Source: Toensbergia leucococca
Taxonomy: Eukaryota
Assembly (NCBI GenBank): GCA_022813965.1
Contig: JALDZS010000073.1
Location: 1-64,000, forward strand
Reading direction: 5' to 3'
Length of the DNA: 64,000 bases
Shown here: piece by piece, positions 49,888 to 62,984 of the stretch
How positions within the stretch are numbered: position 1 is the stretch's first letter
Layout: each line of letters begins with the position of its first letter
Program-made: the position numbers and the translations under genes
Notes under the pieces: generated by a model
Database searches by the model: none
The model's input: only the letters and a program-made list of their open reading frames with translations
Told to the model about the DNA's origin: nothing

Positions 49888-50384
49888 TTACTCTAGTTCT
49901 TCGAAACGGCGAAGGTCGATGGGTTGCGAAAGGAGGGGCTCGACATAGGGGTTGAACGTCTACGGTAGGTTAATTGGCGTATTAGGATTTTTGAGGAGGA
50001 AAGTGGATGGGGGGACTACCTTCCAGTATGGGTTTTCGAGATGGTATTTCTGACTCTGTTCCCTCATGTGTCACATTAGCTCTGAACACCTTCCCAAATA
50101 AGCTCCAATGTCTTCCCTTCGTCCCATTCAAACCTCCAACTCCTCCTCATAGTACGGAGCCAAACCCAAGGCAGAATTGAGACTTCATTACGTACGCTTT
50201 CCGACTCATATCTCTCCACGACGGTGAAGGCGCGCGGGTCGCTCACACTCTGCATCACTTCCCACTGGATGGTCTCTTTGTCCTTGCGGTAGATTTGAGC
50301 AGCTTCGGTGAGTTTGGCTTTTATTTGGGAGATAGCTTTGGGGTCGTCCAGTGTGTAGAGGTGGGCGATTATTGTGTAGACCAT
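49888..50384 (-). CDS. Small ABM (antibiotic biosynthesis monooxygenase-like) dimeric alpha/beta-barrel protein
   Basis: Three exons: MVYTIIAHL...KDKETIQWEVMQSVSDPRAFTVVERYESES|SQKYHLENPYWK|TFNPYVEPLLSQPIDLRRFEELE*, ending at TAA 49890-49888. Confidence 0.88.
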
Positions 50385-51194
50385 TTTTCTTAGTGTAGAG
50401 CAGGAGAAGGGAGTTTGGGAGGGATGTTTGAGTGAGTAGAGAGTGGTCTTGGGGCTCTGGAAAGGAGTTTGGGAGGAGTGGGATGATCAGGCGATTCGGG
50501 ATTGCGGTGCTTAGGCTAGGTTTATGCGTTGATAAAATTGTTTGGTTGTTATGGCAGGCTCGAGGCGGGCTCGCGGGGTAGGTGGGAGGTGGGCTCGGTG
50601 GGGTTTATCGGTAAATATTTTAGGACGTGTCTTGGGCCTTTGAATATCTTTCATCTCACTCCTGCAGATGAACCAAGGCTCTTAACACACTGACTCCCCA
50701 TTTTGATACATTGACAACCACCTGAAGGAAATATCCATCTTCAAAATAAAACATGCTTCGTTGCAAAGAAATATGTTCTATTCTTGAAGGACCGATCTCG
50801 GCATACTCGTAGACTTGATGTAATTTCAGACGTCTGCAAAAGCCAAGTTGACTTTAGGGATCGATATAAGGGACAAGCTGAGATTGGGGGGTTGAAGGAC
50901 TGCAATACAGAAGGCGTAAATTTCCAAGCGCATAGTAGAGATGTCAACAGTGTTATAGTGAATTGTTGAAGATACTAAGCCTTGTGTGGGAAAAAGAACG
51001 CTGTTGAGTTCAGTATAATTTGACTGTAATAATGTGGAGATGAAGTTGAAGGAATAAAGAGATATTGACTGCACTGCTGCGATAGAATGATTGAATAGGG
51101 CTGAACCTAGCACAGTCGTGTAAGAATCCTCCATCCTCCATGAACCTAATGACTCTAATTCTGCCAAGAAAGAAATTTCTTGCTCTTTAGAACC

Positions 51195-51791
51195 ATGAAA
51201 AGTATTTTCTCCTTATTCACGCGTGTCTTCGCAGCTTCTGCAACAGCTACTCAGACGTCGTCGACACCCGGTACACTCAATGTCACGGCAATTTTGGGCA
51301 AAAATGGAGTATCCGTCCTTGAATGCTGGGCATTGATACCAGCTTTCGTCACATCGTCCCAGTCGGGCACTACTGGAGCGAAGAGCCTTGCACTTGGAAA
51401 TGTAGCCAACGTTACCTACACGGTTCTTCCGCCCCAGTTTGACGGCGGAGCTCATAACGCGCCCGTGGTCCAGTGCGTACATCTCTTTATTCTGCGATTA
51501 GCTGCCGCGTTGTCATGACTGACCATTGTCAAAAGATATGTCTCATTCTTGTCTGGACTCGCGCATGTTACACTTCCAACGTCGACCGAGTCCGTTTGGG
51601 TTGCCGGCGGCAAATATGGGCTAATCATAGCTGCTGATACAGCGGGGGTGAGCAAGGGTGGTCATATCACGACTTACCCCAGTTCTCAGGAAACGGTTGC
51701 ATTGTCAATTCCAACGTTGGATGGGAGAATCCCGGATCATGAGGTCCTGCATGAAGGTGCCTGCCGATATGAAGAACAGCAGCTGAAATAA
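51195..51791 (+). CDS. Small, probably secreted, cupin-like fungal protein
   Basis: ATG 51195 with a signal-peptide-like start. LNVTAILGKNGVSVLECW, HNAPVVQ|YVSFLSGLAHVTLP and IIAADT...GHIT. One intron at about 51473-51535. Confidence 0.75.
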
Positions 51792-53146
51792 CAGGCTTCG
51801 CGCACCACACAAACAAGGGAGCGATGTTGCAATTCTCTAGGATATTGTATGTAGGGCTATCTTGTCTATCTAGCTAATAGAAACACCTCGGTTGACACTA
51901 GTCATGCACTGGAAACAAAATGGAAGAAGTAACACGACATCAGAACCCTGATGCGGAACAAGTCAGGCAACAAGCATTTCTCCCTCTCGCGTCTGAGTGA
52001 GGCTGTACCCAACTCTTATCCAAAATAGACATCTTTAGCCCAGGCACAGGTACTTGAGAAGGTAAACCACGTGTATACTGCGGTGTATCTGGTCAGTGGT
52101 AGCGATGTTTGCCTTGGACATGGATAGAGGTCGACAGCGATAACGGGCGGTCGCCTCGGGCGCTTTGTTCGAAAGGGCAAAAGGATGCGTGTTTAGCTGT
52201 TGGCATCGAGTAATTGGTACGTCGCCTGACCAACCAAATGGCGGAGAGAAAATCAAAGCAGGCCGAGGGCCCAATAAGAAAACACGATATCAATATGTTC
52301 CATGATTGGTCAGGCGATTCGGGTAAGAAAAATCAAATTTGGGCGCTTGGGAATGAGAGGTTGACACTTGTCACGCGCCGTAGAAGAGATCATCGTGATG
52401 TGCAAGATAGGTATGGAGGGTTGGAAGACAGCTTCTATTCTATGGGCATAGATTGTAAGATGACATTTTTACAGAGGTAGGCGGTACCTATTAAAGAGTA
52501 GTTACTCGCCGTTATCGGTGTTTTGATGAAACCTCACCATGCAGGTCGTGGAGAGTTCCATCCGAGCACGATTCAACTGTTCCGTTCGCTTTATGCTCTT
52601 GGTGATGAGGGAATCAATTTGGAGCATGACACTAGATTATGGGCAATCGGGTATGGCCAACCACAATGGTGGACAAGTGTCACAAAGCCTGGCCGCATGG
52701 TTGGGCGTCCGATTTGTAGTCGCCGATGGATTTTAGTGAGTAATCGTGGCTATTTTTGATCATCTCATCATCCATGTACACCTCCACTAGCATCCACTCG
52801 GGCCACGCTTTCTCTTCCCGAAGACCAATACTCGCCTTCTCGCTCTCCCCCTCGCACCGTCCTCCAAAATCGGACCTTTTCTTCCTCATCGCTTCACTCT
52901 CAACCGTTGCCTCCAACACTGCGAACTTCTCTACCGCATAGGGAGTTAACCATGTTTGGCTCTTTCAATCCTAGTCGCTCGATTCATTTCATTTTCCCTG
53001 TTCTCAGTCTTTACATATAACCCTTCTATGCACGTTGACTTCATCCGCCTTATCTCAGCCATTCACTCTGTTCAAGTGAATCTATCTATACTCTACTACT
53101 CTACTCTATTTGTATCATCGCTAGAAAGGACACATCTCTCGGTATC

Positions 53147-54516
53147 ATGCCCTCAAGAATACGCCATAGCGATAGCAGCTCAGACTCCGGCTACAGTGAT
53201 AGTTCTAATCTATCCAAAAGCACAGCACCCACTGCATGCAGTCACCAAGCTTCTCCACGATCCAATAAAACTGGTCCTCCCATCTATTCAGACCGACCTT
53301 GGGAATGGACCACAAGTGGCAATGGTCGAGACGCTCGATCATCAGCATCTACCTATGCATCCACCATCCCATCCACAGATGACTTGGACGAGGACTTGCC
53401 CGAGTACGAAGAAGCCGACTTACCCCCTGAAGACTTTCTTCCTGCGCACGCCCTATCTTCTACACCACTCGACTTCGCTGATTTCTTCCCGTCAACACGA
53501 AGGTTATGCATCAGACATGATGACTCTACTCTCGACGGCAATATGAATCTCCGCGTCGATACCGACGTTCGTACATTTGATGGACGAAACATGGATCTTA
53601 CCCTCTTTCATCTACGAATGCATGATCTCAAGAATCGGGAGTTCTCCTTCCGTCGATATTGCAGGGACTCTGGCCGAGAGGTTTGTCATTCAAGTCGGAA
53701 ATATGCCAAACCCGCCACGAAACGAAGACCAATTCTGCAAAGGTCGATGAGCAACGCTCTTTCGAGCTTTCGCTTCAAGTCGGAGAACAACACTACCACC
53801 ATTCAGAGTCTTAAAAGACAGGACTCAGGTTATGATTCCATGTCAGAGGACGAAGAAGAGACTGCGTCCACGACTTCATCAAGAGATTACAGCCGCATCC
53901 CTATGCCCACCAACACCACTCAACTCGAGTTCTCCAACTACGCTCATATCGATGTTAAGCGTCGTGGAACTAAGGCGTCGAAGCGATACGAGTTTGACTA
54001 TTGGGGAACGAATTACGCTTGGAAGCGGGTTTCTAGGAAAGACAGTCACAGGAAGGAAACATCCTACCACCTGATCAATACCGAAACCAACACAGCAGTC
54101 GCCCTTATAGTCCCGGTGACGTTGACCACAGCAGAGGCCCGCACTGAAGATTCCAAAGGCGGATGGGTACCTCCCTGCTCAATGTGGATCACCGACGAGA
54201 GACTTATCAAAGGGCTGACTGATGTTGCCGAGTGAGTCCATCAAACTGTGACTACGAAGTGGTTCGTTTGCTGACCTTGATATCCAGTGTGATCGTTGCC
54301 ACAGGCTTGATTGCTCTTGTGGATGACTGCATCAAAAGTCGTTGGCATCAAAAAGAAAGTTTTGATATGACAGTACCCATGCCTATGAATTCGCTAGTGA
54401 AGATGAACATGGCATATGTTGGGCCTAAGCGTCTGATTGACGAGATCTTCAATCGCCGAGGGAATACAGCTACACGGCACCCGAATCTTTTACGACAGAA
54501 CTCGGCTAAGACATGA
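53147..54516 (+). CDS. Conserved uncharacterised Pezizomycotina protein
   Basis: Ser-rich N-terminus, then FPSTRRLCIRHDDSTLDGNMNLRVDT...FSFRRYCRDSGREVCHS...LEFSNYAH...GGWVPPCSMWI. Phase-2 intron at 54232..54287. Confidence 0.8.
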
Positions 54517-56207
54517 ACCCCAAGTCAAAGCTTGGAGAGTGTACCTGGTTACTTTGATACCATGTGTAAACATATATCCTGTAGCATATAGCAGCAATAA
54601 CACCACCCATGCAAGACTTCATGTGTTTCATCATGTGCATATGCACCCGAGTGATCTCTCGGGCTCTTGGCTCTTTGCACCAGCAAGCAAGCGATGAGCA
54701 AACCTGGCGAGCGCATCGCTGCATGTCGGCTTGTTCAGTCACCACAACGAGCACGCAAGGTATGTTCTGAAAATGGGGCTCAATCTCGGCCAGCAGCTTC
54801 TTCATCCATCCCAAATAGACTCTCGGCAAATGATATCATGGAGATTGCAGCCCAACGATGCCTGAATCCCCATCTGTCAGGGCCAAGATTTCACGGGCAT
54901 GATTGGCTAAGGTAAGTAGGTAACCAAGGCTAAGGTATTCTGCATGTTTCTGCATGTCTGCATGTCGGCCTCAACCTTCTTTTCCCACTCATTCTTCCCT
55001 CCATTCCATCCACTTTGAGGGTATTCCCTCTCAAGTCGCGCAAAGCCGCGCACCAGAAGCGTCAGAGCCCTACTTCCGCCTTAGCTTAGTTATGATGATG
55101 ATTTCGTACATCAAAGGAAAACGGCAAGGATTGTATGGATCCAGCGCATTGCTCTCTCTCTCTGCTATTTCGCTATCCGTACCAGCCAGAATCCACAGCA
55201 GCGGACGGCGGGCAGCTTTCCCACTCGATGCCTAACCCATCCGCATTCGTTTTCCCTCAAGCTTCTTAACTCTTTGTCGTTGGCTGGAAAAAGCCCACAC
55301 CATGCCTGTTTTGTTTTATTATTCTTTTCCGTACAGCAAACGGATGGATTTTCCCCCCATTCATGAGCTCCACTCAATGCCCAACAGTAGAAACATGAAA
55401 TCTTGTCGGGATTCTGTTTTGGGCAGGGTGAGTGAGCGGTTTTGGGGAGGGTTTCCGGCCTTTGATCTCCAATACACTCGCGCAAAAAACCCTATAGGCG
55501 CCACTACATACAGCACATACGCAACGTTTTGCGTCTTGGTCAGGCACGTCTCACCATAGCACAGACACATCATCAGTCTCTTGCCCTGCCCAGCCTCCCC
55601 AGCCCAGCACCAGCGCCAGCAGCCCCATCCGTCCTGCGCTCCGGCCCGTTCCTGACCTGACTCTCTTCCTCGTTCATCATCGTTGAAAGAAATTATGACT
55701 GAGAAAAACCCGCCAAATCGGGAAGAGAGTGAGCGATGCAAGATGCGCCGCGCATTGGCTCCCGAAGAGATTTCGAATCAGATGTCTTATACTTCATCAT
55801 GCATGATCCGAAAACCAACCCTTTGCCCTTCTGCTGACCTCCCTCTTTCCTGCTTACCCCCTGCCCTATTTTTTTGCCGGCTACTTACTTTGGCTTGCGA
55901 TTTCTTTGTCATGCTGGTTTTGTTTTGGCCCTAACACTAGCCAGTCATGTTTACCATGATTTTGTCCCTCTTCATCCGTTCGTTCGACAAGACGAATCTT
56001 ATCGCCGGGGTTTTTTGGTTTGACACGTCTATATGAATATATTCAGAGGGATTCCCTTGCTTTGCCCTTTTTTTCTTTGCTTTTCTGCTTTCCCCCCCTT
56101 GCGCCTGCTTATTTGCCCTACTTGAGAGAAAAGGTTAACTTGTATCGGGTTGGCGCTCTGGAGATCACTGATTGATTGTTTGGTGTCGCTGTCGCCGCCG
56201 CCGCCGA

Positions 56208-56762
56208 ATGTTTTACATCACCCCTGCAAGCGAAGCTTATCCTGTCATGTCCAGCCCACTCTCCTCCAATGGCTCGCGCTCTTCCTGGCAAGACAAACTC
56301 CAAGGTCAGACCCTACACACATCCTTCCCCCCTCAACTCTCTTCCTCATCAATCATTGGCACAATTGTTGACCTTGGGACCCCTAGATCACTGCCGCCAC
56401 GCGCAGATGCATCCTCCAGTCTTCAATATCGTCTCTGATCGTCGTGGTAAGAAAAGCGGAAACCCTCACAACTCTAGCAACCTAACATACCCCAACAATT
56501 TACACCCTCCGAACTAACCGTTCCCCCCATAGGCGGCCGCACAGCCTGGTCTTCCACCGTCACCATCTCCGGCCACCACATCGCTGCCCGCTACTGGTAC
56601 GACGGGCAATACGTGAACAACGCCAAAGAGGACGCGGCCGAGGTCGCCCTTCAGCACCTCACCACTCCAAGCCAGAGCCCCGTGTCTCCCGTCTCGATGA
56701 ATTCGGTTGGCAGCAGCCAGGCGTGGCGTGGGAGGGCGTGGAGCAATGTCAGTACGAGCTGA
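56208..56762 (+). CDS. Small single dsRNA-binding-motif (DRBM)-like protein
   Basis: Exons 56208-56304, 56387-56446 and 56533-56762 splice in frame to give WQDKLQDHCRHAQMHPPVFNIVSDRRGGRTAWSSTVTISG...NNAKEDAAEVAL, the dsRBD alpha-beta-beta-beta-alpha pattern. Confidence 0.8.
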
Positions 56763-57150
56763 AGGTGTATGGGGGAGGTTGCGTGAGGCGGATACCCTGC
56801 TATGACTTGTCGGTTGGGATGATTTGAGGGTTTTTCTTGTGTACTTGCTTATTCTCTGTGAGATGGGGTACGTGTGTATGGCTAGGTGTGCCTGCATGTT
56901 GTAATCTGCAAGGGCAGGAGCGGGCATTTGGGACCGGGATTAGGGCTGGGACTCTTCTTGCTTGTTTGGTAGCTTGAGTGGTGCCGTTTGGGGCTATTGT
57001 TTACGGGGCTGCGGGCCGAAACGTCGACAGTGTGCTATGAGTACGGGTATGCAAGAATCGCGGACTGTGTCCTTGCGAAGTTGATTTTCGTGTCTCATCT
57101 CTCGATTCTTATGGTTCTATCTAAACTATCACAACTGTTTCATTTCAATG

Positions 57151-58800
<1,650 letters not shown>

Positions 58801-59135
58801 AGTCTAAAGTATGCAGACAGTTACACCCGTGCTCCTAATCAAACGAGTATCAAGAATTTTCAATGAAGTCGCAAGCAATGATATTGATGACGGTTGGACA
58901 TAGTCAAACATAAATCATAAAGAAAATTCCGTAACCAAATCGACAGAAATCAAAGAGGTTCCACAACGAATACAGACTCAAATATTCAGGATTTCTTTCC
59001 GAGAACAGCCCGTACTTTTCGTAGGTTCACTGCTGTTGGAAGACGAAGAGTACGGAGTAGGTAAGGTCCAAGTCTGCCTTTTGATATGATAAATTACGGA
59101 GTATCGAAGTTTGAAGTTTGGAGCAAGATGGTGTC

Positions 59136-59156
59136 ATAGGGCTGAGCCAGCCCTAT
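59136..59156. promoter_or_regulatory. Inverted repeat ATAGGGCTG-agc-CAGCCCTAT in the QTRT1/HOS3 bidirectional promoter
   Basis: Perfect 9-bp arms with a 3-nt spacer and TAGGGC half-sites. Confidence 0.45.
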
Positions 59157-59327
59157 ACTAAGATAAGGGTCCAACCTTACCTCAAGCAATCGCGTCGCGC
59201 TTTAGAAGTTCTATTTGGTGTGGGCAACGGCACTGATCCTTTGTCGTAAGACTCACCATGAAGCTTTAGGAGTCAGTTGGTAAGCCTGTGCTGTGGCTAG
59301 CCGCAATAATAGTGTCTGGAGTCTATC

Positions 59328-62300
59328 ATGGAGAGCTACCATAGCTCTGTATCGGCTCCAGAGCATTCCACACATGCAACCTCCCCCTCCATGTCCATGT
59401 CAACAGACAATGTTTCAATTTCTGCAGCTTCTGCCACACCTTTGTCAGCTTCTTCTCCAATTTCTTCTCTATACTCCCGGGAAGCAGATTCTTTACTACT
59501 ATACTCTTTACCAGGCAATACCACCCACCCGGCAAGCAGTGCTATACGAAGAACATCCAGTTCCAACTCCAGTCCTATCCATGTTCGATCTACAACGCCT
59601 ACGCTACATAAGAAGACATCGCTAAGCTCAATACAAAATATTCGTGAGGCTACACCACCAAGATCGCCTGCATTCCGCCGAACCTCCTCGAACCTAGCAT
59701 CTTCACCTAATACTGCCATGTCACCAAGACCTGGTCTGCCAGCCCCGGCCGAAGAGCCTCACATCCCGCATGTTACCGCTGCTTCCGTCGCTCAGGACTA
59801 TTTTCGGAGAGAGCTTGAGGTCCATCATAGTGCAAAAGGGGTTGCCAAAAATACCGAAACCGTGGTGGTTCTACAAGACGCTTGCTACGGCCATAGGTTT
59901 TCAAGGCCGCGGACATCCAAAGCCGGCCTCAATACCATCGTGGAAAGGCCAGAGCGTATACATGCGTCGATATTAGGTTTAGCTGCGGCTTATGTTCGGC
60001 TTGGTGGGAGGCATGCTGACGGTAAAGCTGCGCCTCACCCAAGGAGGGATCCTGCATCTTTAACGTCAATACCTTTTCGAGTTCATAAGACAGACCGAAC
60101 TATGAAGTTGACGTCCGAGGCTGTGACAGCAGTACACGGCCTTGATTGGATGAAGGAACTTAGCATCATGTGTGCTGGGGCAGAGACTAAATTGGCTCTC
60201 AACGGAAAGGAACTAGTCAGGCCAATTGCAATTGAGCAGGCAGGAGCCAGAGATAAAGCCGAGAAGCCCAAGCTACACGATGGAGATCTCTATCTTTGCT
60301 CGGAATCCTTGCATGCTTTAGAGGGTGCGCTTGGGGGGGTCTGCGATGGGGTGGATGAAGTTTTCACTGACAAGGGCCCGAAGCGTGCCTTTGTATGCAT
60401 TCGACCACCTGGCCATCACTGCTCTGCAGATTATCCTTCAGGGTTTTGTTGGCTAAATAACGTTCACGTGGGAGTCAAGCATGCTTCTTTGGCGCATGGA
60501 CTGACGCATGCTGCCATTATTGACTTTGATTTACACCATGGGGACGGTTCCCAGTCTATCGCATGGATGCACAATTCAAAGGTCAATTCTTTACCGAGAA
60601 ATACTCCCCCATCGAAGAAAACGGCTATTGGCTACTTCAGTCTGCATGATATTAATTCCTATCCTTGCGAAATGGGAGACGAGGAAAAGGTTCGAAATGC
60701 TAGCCTCTGCTTAGAGAATGCGCATGGGCAAACCGTTTGGAACGTGCACTTGCAGCCCTGGAAGACTGAGTCGGAATTCTGGGACTTGTACGAGAACAGG
60801 TATTCTATTCTATTCTCCAAAGCAAGGGACTTCCTTCGATCCTATACGAGTCGAATTCAATCAGTAGCAAATCACCCTGGGCCAAAGGCTATGATATTCT
60901 TGTCCGCAGGATTCGATGCAAGCGAATGGGAAAGCCCAGGTATGCAAAGACACAAAGTCAACGTGCCTACGGACTTCTATGCACGCTTTACGCGTGACGT
61001 CGTTAATTTGGCTGAGGAAGAAGGTCTTGGCGTTGACGGGAGGATCGTCAGTGTCCTTGAAGGAGGGTATAGTGATCGAGCACTAACGAGCGGTGTGCTC
61101 AGTCATCTGAGTGGTCTAACTACCGCCTGTGAGTTGACTGAAAATGCCAAAGCTAATGGCCTGGCACAAGAGATGGGCAGAAGACTCGGAAAGTTGGACC
61201 TCAACAGCGATTATCCGCAAGCAATAGGCAATGTTCCGGAGAGCTCGATTGAATCATTTCAATCCGGATGGTGGGCTCTCCCAAATCTGCAAGAGCTTGA
61301 GACTCTGGTCCACCCACCTCCTCCTTTGCCAGTATCTAAGAAAGCCCGGACTGCAGCACCGCCTACTTACAGCTCTCATACTCAATCATACACAGCCAAG
61401 ATCATCTCACCTCCTCAGAATCGCCGCTCGTTGTCTGGCTCTGGTATGCCAGCACCTTCTTACTTCAGACCAATCACGCCTCCGCCACCAGATGTAGATT
61501 GGGCAACTGCTGCCTATGAATTATCCAAGCTATTGATACCTTCGGATCGCCAGACCAGGAGCTGTAAACCCGAAGACCTCAATGCTGAAGCTAGTCGGAC
61601 GCGGCGGGACCGCCAGTCCACTATCGGGCTACCAGCCGATCTCACTGTCCCTGATGGCAAGCGAATGCAGCTCAGAGATAGAACAAGCAAAGTTCCAAAT
61701 CATGCGTCAGAAGAAAGGGATGGAGACAGGCCTGTCTCAAGAGCGAATCGTCGGAGAACTATCGCCGGGGTTGCGAGTCTGGGCCAGGAGACGCCAGATC
61801 AGCCACCTGCTCCTGCTCCTACAGTTGCACGGAGCTCAAGGAGGCCAGCCATGAGGCGTGTCAGCATGGCTTCAAGTACTGCGTCTTTGAATGGCGAGAG
61901 GACGTCATCGTCGACTTCCAGTGTTGTGCAGCACGAAGCGAGAAACGAGGCACTGATACATTCAGACGAAACACCTTCAGATTCGTTCAGTGTTCGACCT
62001 AGCTCTGCCCTGAGTAATCAACATCAGCCAGATCTATCAATGGTGAAGAAAACCAGGGTGCCGAGAAAAGGCCCTACAGAAGCCCCGAAATCTAGGCCCA
62101 TTAAGAGGCTGCCTTCAGTACCAGTACCGATACCGCGTATTCCTTCATCTTTTTCCACGACAGAAAGGCCTAAAATACCTCCGCGTGGTACAAGTGCTTT
62201 GCCATTGCCTTTGAACGAGGACGCAAAGCGTGTAGATCTAGATAACTTAACATCCGGATTGAAGAAAATGAGCATCAAGCTCCGGATGCCTTCGAAAGAG

Positions 62301-62984
62301 GAGCAAGAAGCAAGAGAGGCAAAGCAAAAGCCTGCGCCTAAGGGACGTCCCAGGGTTTCGGGGCCGAAGACCACCTCGGCAGTCGACATAGCGCAGCCCT
62401 CTGAAGTCGTCCAGCCAACCACTGGAAGCCCTACCACGGCAGGCAAATTATCAGCGGTCCCAGTAGACGCCGAGATCGCTACGTATGCTCAGGCGCCAAT
62501 GAGTCCTTCACCTATGATCGAAGATCTAGCACCTGAATTGGAACCTCTGCAAGATGGCCTTCCCCCTGACCTAGCTACCCATCAATTTGCCTCAGCGCCC
62601 CCTGCTTCGTTTCAACACCCGACCCCCACCACTATACCCGCCCCCACCATGGAAATTGAGACACCGAAATTTCCTATGCCCATCGCTCCAACCAACGATG
62701 CCCATTCCCAAGAAGTGCCAACTACAATGCCTGTTTCACAACCCCACTCATCAGCAATCCATCCACCCCCGTCAACCCCCAAGCGCACAAAACAAGACCT
62801 CCCTATCTTCACCGCCACCTCACCCATAATATTCGGCAAACCAAGTACTATCCCGTTCAACATCAACAATCAACTCACGCAACACCCAGAACCGCCCAAA
62901 ACAGAAAGCGGAGTCGCCGAAGGCCACGCACTAGCCACCCAGAGTAACGGAACGTCCGTCGCTGCCCATATACAAGATTCGTGA
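59328..62984 (+). CDS. HOS3: Class II histone deacetylase, Hos3/HosB type
   Basis: HRFSR...IVERPERI, GDLYLC, RPPGHHC...SGFCWLNN, DFDLHHGDG, SLHDINSYPCE, SAGFDASEWE...MQRHKVNVPT and VLEGGYSD, followed by a long disordered C-terminus. Confidence 0.93.
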   Translation: MESYHSSVSAPEHSTHATSPSMSMSTDNVSISAASATPLSASSPISSLYSREADSLLLYSLPGNTTHPASSAIRRTSSSNSSPIHVRSTTPTLHKKTSLSSIQNIREATPPRSPAFRRTSSNLASSPNTAMSPRPGLPAPAEEPHIPHVTAASVAQDYFRRELEVHHSAKGVAKNTETVVVLQDACYGHRFSRPRTSKAGLNTIVERPERIHASILGLAAAYVRLGGRHADGKAAPHPRRDPASLTSIPFRVHKTDRTMKLTSEAVTAVHGLDWMKELSIMCAGAETKLALNGKELVRPIAIEQAGARDKAEKPKLHDGDLYLCSESLHALEGALGGVCDGVDEVFTDKGPKRAFVCIRPPGHHCSADYPSGFCWLNNVHVGVKHASLAHGLTHAAIIDFDLHHGDGSQSIAWMHNSKVNSLPRNTPPSKKTAIGYFSLHDINSYPCEMGDEEKVRNASLCLENAHGQTVWNVHLQPWKTESEFWDLYENRYSILFSKARDFLRSYTSRIQSVANHPGPKAMIFLSAGFDASEWESPGMQRHKVNVPTDFYARFTRDVVNLAEEEGLGVDGRIVSVLEGGYSDRALTSGVLSHLSGLTTACELTENAKANGLAQEMGRRLGKLDLNSDYPQAIGNVPESSIESFQSGWWALPNLQELETLVHPPPPLPVSKKARTAAPPTYSSHTQSYTAKIISPPQNRRSLSGSGMPAPSYFRPITPPPPDVDWATAAYELSKLLIPSDRQTRSCKPEDLNAEASRTRRDRQSTIGLPADLTVPDGKRMQLRDRTSKVPNHASEERDGDRPVSRANRRRTIAGVASLGQETPDQPPAPAPTVARSSRRPAMRRVSMASSTASLNGERTSSSTSSVVQHEARNEALIHSDETPSDSFSVRPSSALSNQHQPDLSMVKKTRVPRKGPTEAPKSRPIKRLPSVPVPIPRIPSSFSTTERPKIPPRGTSALPLPLNEDAKRVDLDNLTSGLKKMSIKLRMPSKEEQEAREAKQKPAPKGRPRVSGPKTTSAVDIAQPSEVVQPTTGSPTTAGKLSAVPVDAEIATYAQAPMSPSPMIEDLAPELEPLQDGLPPDLATHQFASAPPASFQHPTPTTIPAPTMEIETPKFPMPIAPTNDAHSQEVPTTMPVSQPHSSAIHPPPSTPKRTKQDLPIFTATSPIIFGKPSTIPFNINNQLTQHPEPPKTESGVAEGHALATQSNGTSVAAHIQDS

